The notes under the pieces: generated by a model | Database searches by the model: none | The model's input: the letters and a program-made list of their open reading frames with translations, nothing else | What the model was told of the DNA's origin: nothing | In this document: positions 56,801-64,000 of the stretch, one piece after another | Layout: each line of letters opens with the position of its first letter | How positions within the stretch are numbered: position 1 is the stretch's first letter | Program-made: the position numbers and the translations under genes | Assembly (NCBI GenBank): GCA_002633005.1 | Contig: NMRA01000369.1 | Span: 1-64,000 of the forward strand | Reading direction: 5' to 3' | Length of the DNA: 64,000 nucleotides | Source: Phoronis australis | Lineage: Eukaryota > Animalia > Phoronida

Positions 56801-59800
56801 TCTGAAGCAATAAATAAGAGTCCTTCTATCTGATGCAATAAATAAGAGTGTTTAATTTTGTTTGCACGTCCCTGTAGTCATACATCCAATCTCGTAATTC
56901 AGTTACATCTTACTTTTGACATCTTTGTTTTTGCTTGAGTATAAGTTTCCGATCTATTTGCTGGGCTTTCAGTTAGAAAAGCCTACAATTAACTGTTGAC
57001 GAGTAAAGAGTACACGTACAAACTCGCACTAGATTGGCCTTAGATATACTGGGGAACCCAATGTTCGTCCGCCTAAGCATAAAACCGACTTGCTGTTGTA
57101 CTCACCGAATTATTCCACTTCAAAGTTATGATCTGAATAGGATTCGATTTAACTCTCACAGATATACCGCATTCATCGATTCGGAAGTTTTCTTTAATTT
57201 GTGCCGAGTTATTTCAAATATGCACCGCCTTCGGCAGCCATTTTATTGTGACACCTAAGTTCGTCATATGCTGCCCCCTTTTGTAAAAACTGAGAAACAT
57301 GCAGAAAAAGGCCAACGAAGTAATGAAAATTGCAACAGCCTGTTTTTATTGACATAAACTCGATTTGAAGCTTTGATGTTGAGCTCTGCACTGTGGTTTC
57401 CAATAAAAGCCAATTGGACAACATTTCAATGCAGTTTAATGGTGAATGCTGAGGCAAAAATGTTAAGAACCCAGCGTATCGCATTTGTCTGCGGATTTTT
57501 CCTTTGGCCTTCTAGATCCTACTAGTGCCTGGGACAAACAGATACATTGCATAAACAAACCCTGGATCATGTTTTGTGTCCCGTCGGAAGAAAATTTAAA
57601 TTCGAAAACATCTTCTGAAAACGCACAAAAAAGTGTATTAGTAAAATCTACTGATTTTTAAGTGGTTTTAAAAAACAATCGGTAAACTCACCGATTTTTG
57701 TCTCATTACTTTGATACGTGTCTCTTCCGATAAGTTAGTACCTAACGTGCACACGAGCACCCCAAATTGGAACGCTAAGTCCCGCGTGGTTGCGCTGCAC
57801 GCGAAACAAGATGGCGGACGAACTTTGGAGCCTGACGAAAATAGGTAACCGGACTATACAAGCTACAAATTCGACAATTCTAACAGATTTGTTTGATATA
57901 CCCATCTGAGTAAAATGATAGTGTACTTGAATACAATCAAAGCATGTTGACTGTGCCTGAAGTTACCTTCCTGGAGACAATGCTGGTAATTTTGGCAATT
58001 CTCTACATGTATGAACGGTGTTTTAAACCTTTTAGTCGAAAAATGACATTAATGAAAATAACAATTATTCAAACATGAAATGTGACGTTGTGAGCAAGTG
58101 GCACAATGCAAACTCTGTATATCTAATCGGCTGTATCGTTTTTCTTTAAGTTTTACTACCTATTTCTTGCATTGTTGCTCAGGCCAAATGGCATATTTTA
58201 GTGGACAATACAGGGGATCTGACTTAGTATAGTATTGACGGTCATCCCGGCACAGTGATAAAGGCAGGATTCAACTAAAAGCAATTATTCGCTGTGTCAA
58301 AGAATGAATATTATGGTTCTTGGTTGGCAGTCTTTCTTTACAATAAACTCATCTAAAACGTGGGTCCTGCTTGCCCGTTTAACAGACTTGGTAAAGAGTT
58401 TTCAAAATTGGCTTCAAACGGTTAAATGGCCTTATAATGTTTTAGACAGCTGATGGGAAGCTCGTGGTTGAAATCTGTTAATACGCCAAAACCGTGTTCT
58501 GGGACTTTTTAATAAAAAATTCGAAAACGAGGAATCTTATGTTTGAAAAATTTCAAGTGAAAGACTGAGCCTTTTTGTAGGCAGACCATCTCGTTTTTTC
58601 TAGAATTGCTCGGAAAATTACAAAAATACAATCCACCAAAATCTGTTGGATCCAGATTATGAGATGGAAATAAACAGGTACAGGACTTGCTAATCAGACT
58701 GTAGGCAAGTTTCCGGAGCTGTGAAAGAGACAGTTCAGTTTTCCTCCTCACTAAATAAATGCATCTGTGTAACGAAAATGCACTGATACCAGTAGATTTT
58801 CAGGCACATTCAAACATTGCAGCATCTCCTAGTGGCTTTTTAGGGACAGAGCGTTTTCTAATGCTATCTAGAGAACTTGACAAATTGACGGATTTTAATG
58901 AAACTTTAAACAGAAGTTCGTAACGGCATTGTTCCAGCACCAGTCGATTTTTGAGCAATTTTGATTACTGCAGCTGCTCCTAATGCCCATTTTGCTGGGT
59001 TGTCCTGTTGTTCAATTGTCTGTGCGAAATCTTAAAAAAACACCAAGTTGTCTTTTGGTGAAATTTGGCACAAGGGTATAGCGCATTGCATTGTACTTAG
59101 TGCGGAGCATACCACTTTTCTATCTTACCTTCTCCTGGGGCCGCGCGGCTAGAATTTTCAGTATCTTGGGGGGAATTGTTTCCGAATAATATATAAAGAA
59201 CTGATTGACCTACTTCAGACACTTTATCTTGCTGTTCTGTTGCTCAGTTGTCTGACACAAGTCGATTTTTGAGCGAATTTGGCCTCTACCGCAAACTGTA
59301 GTGGCAATCCTGGTCTTGACTTGGACTTTTAAATATTTTTTGGGAAGAAAATCATTTCTGTATGATATTTATAAAAGCTAGTGACGGATATAAATGAAAC
59401 CTTGACAAAGGGGTATATTTATGTGGCGGCAATGTGCTTGAACCAGCCAATTGCGGGCGCATTTGAATACTGCAGCACCACCTAGCGGCCGTTCTACTTA
59501 GGAGATCAGAGCAGTTACCAGTTTGGAACAGATGCCATCATGTCATTTTGAGCTCTCTATGTATCTGCCGAACCTCATGATTGTTCTCTATGAACGGAAG
59601 TATATTTCACTTCTTTTGCGCAAATGTTTTTTATTTAAAGTTACTTTTAAACGGTGGCTAAGATACTAATACTTTTTCTCTGTTCAGACTATTGCAGCTA
59701 CCCTGTGGGATCCACTTGTTGTCTCCTTGACAATGTTTTGTGTTGTTGTTGTTAAGAGTTTTCCCAAATCATTTTACACTTGACGTGAAACTTCGTTGGT

Positions 59801-60997
59801 TTCAATTTAGACTGTCACATAGGATAATTAGCTGTAACTCTTATCTTGTCAAAATTGGGGTAAGTAACTCCCCCTTGTGTACGTTTTGTAAGACTGAACC
59901 TGAGACTTTGCTTCACTTATACTGGCAATGTGATGTTGTTCAAAATTTTTGGAACAATGTTGAAGGTTGGGTTAGAAACAAAACTAATATTTCCCTAGGT
60001 ACAAATGTGCTTACAGTTTTCTTTGGAAACAGATGTAGAAGCCAGCCAATTCAAAATTTAATCTTGTGTCTCAGCAAGTTCCATTTATATAAGCAACGTC
60101 TCAAGGGTAAACCTCCAAATTTAATTGTATTAACAAAAGAAATTAACAGTTATTACTCCAGTGAAAAACATATTTATTCAAAAAATTTACAAATGGAAAA
60201 ATTTACAAACAGGTGGTCACAAATGCATAATTTGATAGCAATGTAAGGATATTTTATCATTCCAAAATACTCTCCCCCCTTTTTTTCAGAGCCATATACT
60301 ACTACACTGTCTTGTATGTTTTTGTTTTCTTTTTGTTAAATGTATTTCAAAATCCGGTTCAAGTATACATTTAACTTAGTAAACTTTATTTTCATTGAAT
60401 TGTAAAGTAAGGCAAGGGAACCCCAGACCTTTGTCCTTACTTATGTTGAACTGGGAGAATAAAAAATAAAAAAAGAGTTTTCCCAAATCTTACCAATTTC
60501 TTATTTAGTTATTCTCACAGCGCATTTCGGTGTCCCAATAATAAGAACGCAATGCGGATTCGCGAGCTCAACATTGAGCACATCGACATTACTTTTCCAA
60601 AAGTAATTTGAAGATATTTGAACATAGCTGAAGAACAGAAAGACAGTGCACTTTACAATAGACTTTGGAGAACAATTTCGCAATTTCTGTCGTAACACAT
60701 GATGTTGATAGAAACAGTAGCGTCGTCAACTGAATAGTTCACTCACAACACCTTTTTTCAAAAATCATAAAAAAGCTTGAGTAAACGTATGCTATGTGCT
60801 TTCAGCTCACTGTGGGCATTTCTGTGCTTGGAGGAGTTACGTTTCTTCTTCTTGTCTGTGTGTGCGTTGTCACCATTCTATACCGTCGAAACAAGCGGCC
60901 GTGCTGGACAAGGAAGCCAAAGACTACAAACGTCCTCTGTTCAATTGATGATGTAGACACATATGATGGCATTTACGGAAATTGTAATGTAATGTAA
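53833..60997 (+). CDS. Uncharacterised type I membrane protein: signal peptide, Ser/Thr-rich mucin-like ectodomain, one TM helix, Tyr-containing tail
   Basis: Phase-0 exons 53833-53865 (MNKVISTVLLL|GTAAGT), 56374-56613 (TTTCALGQTTNVTNMTS...QIEA|GTAAGT) and 60806-60993/60997 (LTVGISVLGGVTFLLLVCVCVVTILY-RRNKR...YDGIYGNC). May continue via 61255-61313, 61844-61916 and an exon near 62269. Confidence 0.65.
55442..55670. repeat. Minisatellite of about 21 bp
   Basis: TTGAGATACACTAGTACATC units, about ten copies. Confidence 0.8.
55831..56048. mobile_element. MITE, CAGKGGCGGAT family
   Basis: CAGTGGAGGATTTAG...CTGGATCCGCCCCTG; TSD CTAAT. Confidence 0.7.
59771..60472 (+). mobile_element. 5'-truncated L1/Tx1-like LINE (C-terminal zinc-binding region, 3' UTR, A-tail)
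   Basis: ORF KLRWFQFRLSHRII...LCTFCKTEPETLLHLYWQC..V..FW; AATAAA and A-rich tail; 17-bp TSD AAGAGTTTTCCCAAATC at 59754-59770 and 60473-60489. Confidence 0.9.
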
Positions 60998-63900
60998 GTA
61001 TGATGGACTCACGATTAGACTACGTAGTAGCATAGCTTTCTTACAAGTTATAAACCTGTAATGCGCCCGATATCATCGTTACGTAATCTCAAGGGATCAT
61101 TACAGTTCAAACACTTAAAATATATGCATTGTGCCAATTTACATAATATGTAACATGCTATAACGTTTTTCTTTTTCTTTTATCTAATTTCAAGCCTTTT
61201 TACACAAAAGTTGTAACTCTCCCGCAATCAGAAATTCGTCGACTTTGCTCGTAGAATTCAGAGACCTGGGTGTTCCCAGTGTACATCAGTTCAGGAACGA
61301 TTCCCACCTGATTGTAAGACCGTTGTTATTTTATTTGGTTTATTTGATTCACATTTATATTCTTGTTATATAAATTTGGTTGTCTATTGTCCAAATGTTT
61401 TCTTATCACCAAGTTTAGGCAGATTTCAAAGTTAGAAGAAAAAAATCATCGTAAGTTTGTTGGTGTATTTTCTTCGGCGCCCTGATGTGAAACCGGGATC
61501 AAGAGGCAACTGCTTGGCAATTTCTGAAGCTACCGACAGCGTGTTTTATCGGGTTAGATACCTTGGCAACAAACCGATGCCGGGGTTTTGGCCGTTAAAA
61601 AATAAAGAGTTGATTTTTATAACAAAAACTTATTTTCGAACTCAAACTAGTGAGCTTTTCACCTAGATTGAATAACGTGCACCCGTACTTGGTTTTTTTC
61701 TGACCGGACACCAAAACGACAAAGTCTCCGAGAGATGTCCTGAATCCTTTCCCCACATAGTAAACTGCTATATATTATTATGTTGTCGCTCATTGTTCAA
61801 TCCATCTTATCTCGATTTTTGATTAAGCAATTTTTTATTCAAGCACAGCAGATACACCCCTTTATACATAATGTATTGAATGTATATGCCAGTCGCTGCC
61901 ATGGCTCAAGGCCGGTGTAAGTCGGCGGCTAAAGAAAATTGGAAATCTGTTTCCAATTGTGAACAAATTCCAGGACTTGGCGTGATTTTATCTTACTGCC
62001 ACCACTGAATCTTTGCGCGGAGTCGCCTTAGCCGCTGACTGAAGCGTTTTAGTTTTTCCTTTCAAGGACATTTCAAACATTTATTAAAATTGACCAGTTT
62101 TACAATATTTCACATATGTCTAGCAAAATACCTCATCTTCATTCGCGGGTAACACCAAATACGAAATATATACCGTGTAGCGAGAAAAAAGATTTAGCAG
62201 AACCACCTTAGAACTGCACAACCGCGTGGAAATATAGTCACTACTTATCCGAGGTCAAAGGTTATAGGCTGTCGCTCAAATCGAATCTCCCCCAGGCACC
62301 GAGCAACTCCATATGAACCGTCAGTCATTCACCGAGTCGCCATAACATTATGTCTATGACATGTTTATATCATAGAAAGATGCCTGGAAAAACGAAGACA
62401 AAACGTAGCTTTGATTCTGAGGGATTCTGCATGCCTAAGACCTTTTAGAACGAATGCTGCCAGTCACCTCACACCTATGTGACTCAGTGTGTTCACGAAC
62501 ACAGCAAGTTGTGAAAAGAGATAAATCCAAATCCAAAATTCTTTAATTTTACTGTTAATTTGACAATGGCGCTGTTTCGATCTCATCCCCACGACACGCT
62601 TTAACACTGACTGGATATCTGTTATTTTCGTACTTAGGTTTCATATCAGTCTCCCGGCGCGTGCTGTGTATAATAATGAACTGTTGACCTAGTTTAAAGT
62701 GAGCTACAATGCACCGAATTGACCCATTTAATGTATTGGCTCCGCTCTCATGACCTAGTTGCACTTGTTTTAATTATTGATTGTCATTTAATAAATTAAT
62801 TACTCAATTCAATCATTCTCTCTCCATCCATGCACAATCTCAAAGCATAGCTACCTTTTAAACAAGTCAACCGTCAATTTCTGAGACCTACTCAAGCACA
62901 CTTAGCACAGGCGAATAGACGACCTTAATATTCAATCTTTCCGGAATGTATTTCACCTCCTACGCGGTAAATCTAAATAGGCTTAATATCAATGGGCTCC
63001 ACATCTTGCCAAGTGCACAGTTTTTAGAGTTTGGGGTTACGGATTTCGTTACTGTCGTACTGTTTCGTAGCTGTTGCTGGTGTTGTGACTTGATACACAG
63101 GTTCTCGTGCAGCTTACCTTCACTCATATGAAGGCTTGAATACACGCTTGAGATGACGACCCACAAACGCAGACGTCCTGCGTGCAGCAGAGCCACACGA
63201 AGTCGAAGAGCTCTTGATTCCCCAGTCACGTGACAAAACTAGAACTTACAACATCCGGCCACTGACGGAAACCCACGGACGAACACGAACACACAAGACA
63301 ACACGAAAGACGAGACCACACAAACCAACATTCACAACATTCCTCCCCTCCCTAAATAGAAGAATGATAAAAAAACACCACCCAACCTTTACTCCCCCCT
63401 TAACTAATGAAATAGTAAAAAATAAACTGACCAATGTCTAATATACATTATGAAAAATAAGAACTATACTACGAAAAATGCTAGAGTAACTAAAACCTAT
63501 ATGGCCGGATTTCCAAAAAAAAAGCTAAATACTTCACAAAAGTACGTGACTGGGGATACTTGAAAATTTGAAAAATACTAGTTACAAGGTACATATGGTC
63601 AAAAAAATTAAACTTGTGACAAGAAGAATTTACTGTACTATATATTTAGAAAAAAAAAAACTATTAACATTTGGACCATATGAAGAAGTAATGAACACAG
63701 AACATATAGTGCACAAAACAACATGCAACAGCAAGGTAGCACAGTAAGCTACTACAGAAAATTAACAGATGGTGGACAGAACATGAGGTCTGCTGGTTGC
63801 GTGACCTCACGGTTAATAATGAAACAAAAATCAGGATCTGCGGACTGTTTAGCGTAAATATTTAAAACATTTGGAGATGTTGTATTGTTATAAATAAAAC

Positions 63901-64000
63901 AGCCATCAGGTTTCAGATCAAACTTTTCATTATCTGCACCATCTGAAGCAATAATGCCGGACAGACCGAAATCTGTCTCGTCAAGGTCACATGGAGAAAG

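Noticed and set aside
57780-57850. CAAGATGGCGGAC start context with a splice donor
   Set aside because: Only 11 codons with no downstream exon identified; probably interior to a non-autonomous transposon in the intron.

Overview
Repeat-rich, AT-rich genomic DNA from an invertebrate animal (probably a marine lophotrochozoan; species not determinable). It is a draft scaffold with two N-gaps (3172-3482, 20658-21293) and two single-N joins (24405, 30355). Genes were assembled by eye from GT-AG exons: (1) an uninterrupted ORF for a mitochondrial acetyl-CoA hydrolase/CoA-transferase running into gap 1; (2) the six 3' exons of MRPS5; (3) a minus-strand secreted protein with signal peptide, coiled coil and C-type lectin domain, followed across gap 2 by SRCR exons (possibly one CTLD-SRCR gene); (4) a five-exon NSL1 (Mis12 complex) orthologue; (5) an unrecognised single-pass mucin-like membrane protein. 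The rest is mostly mobile DNA: degraded RTEX-like LINEs, a 5'-truncated L1/Tx1-like LINE with TSD, Helentron-type (HINE) elements with internal tandem arrays, an IS3EU-like foldback with a 6-bp TSD, several CAG/CAT-terminal MITEs sharing 5-bp TSDs, hairpins and minisatellites. No prokaryotic operon, CRISPR array or rRNA is present. All calls rest on motif recognition; no searches were run.
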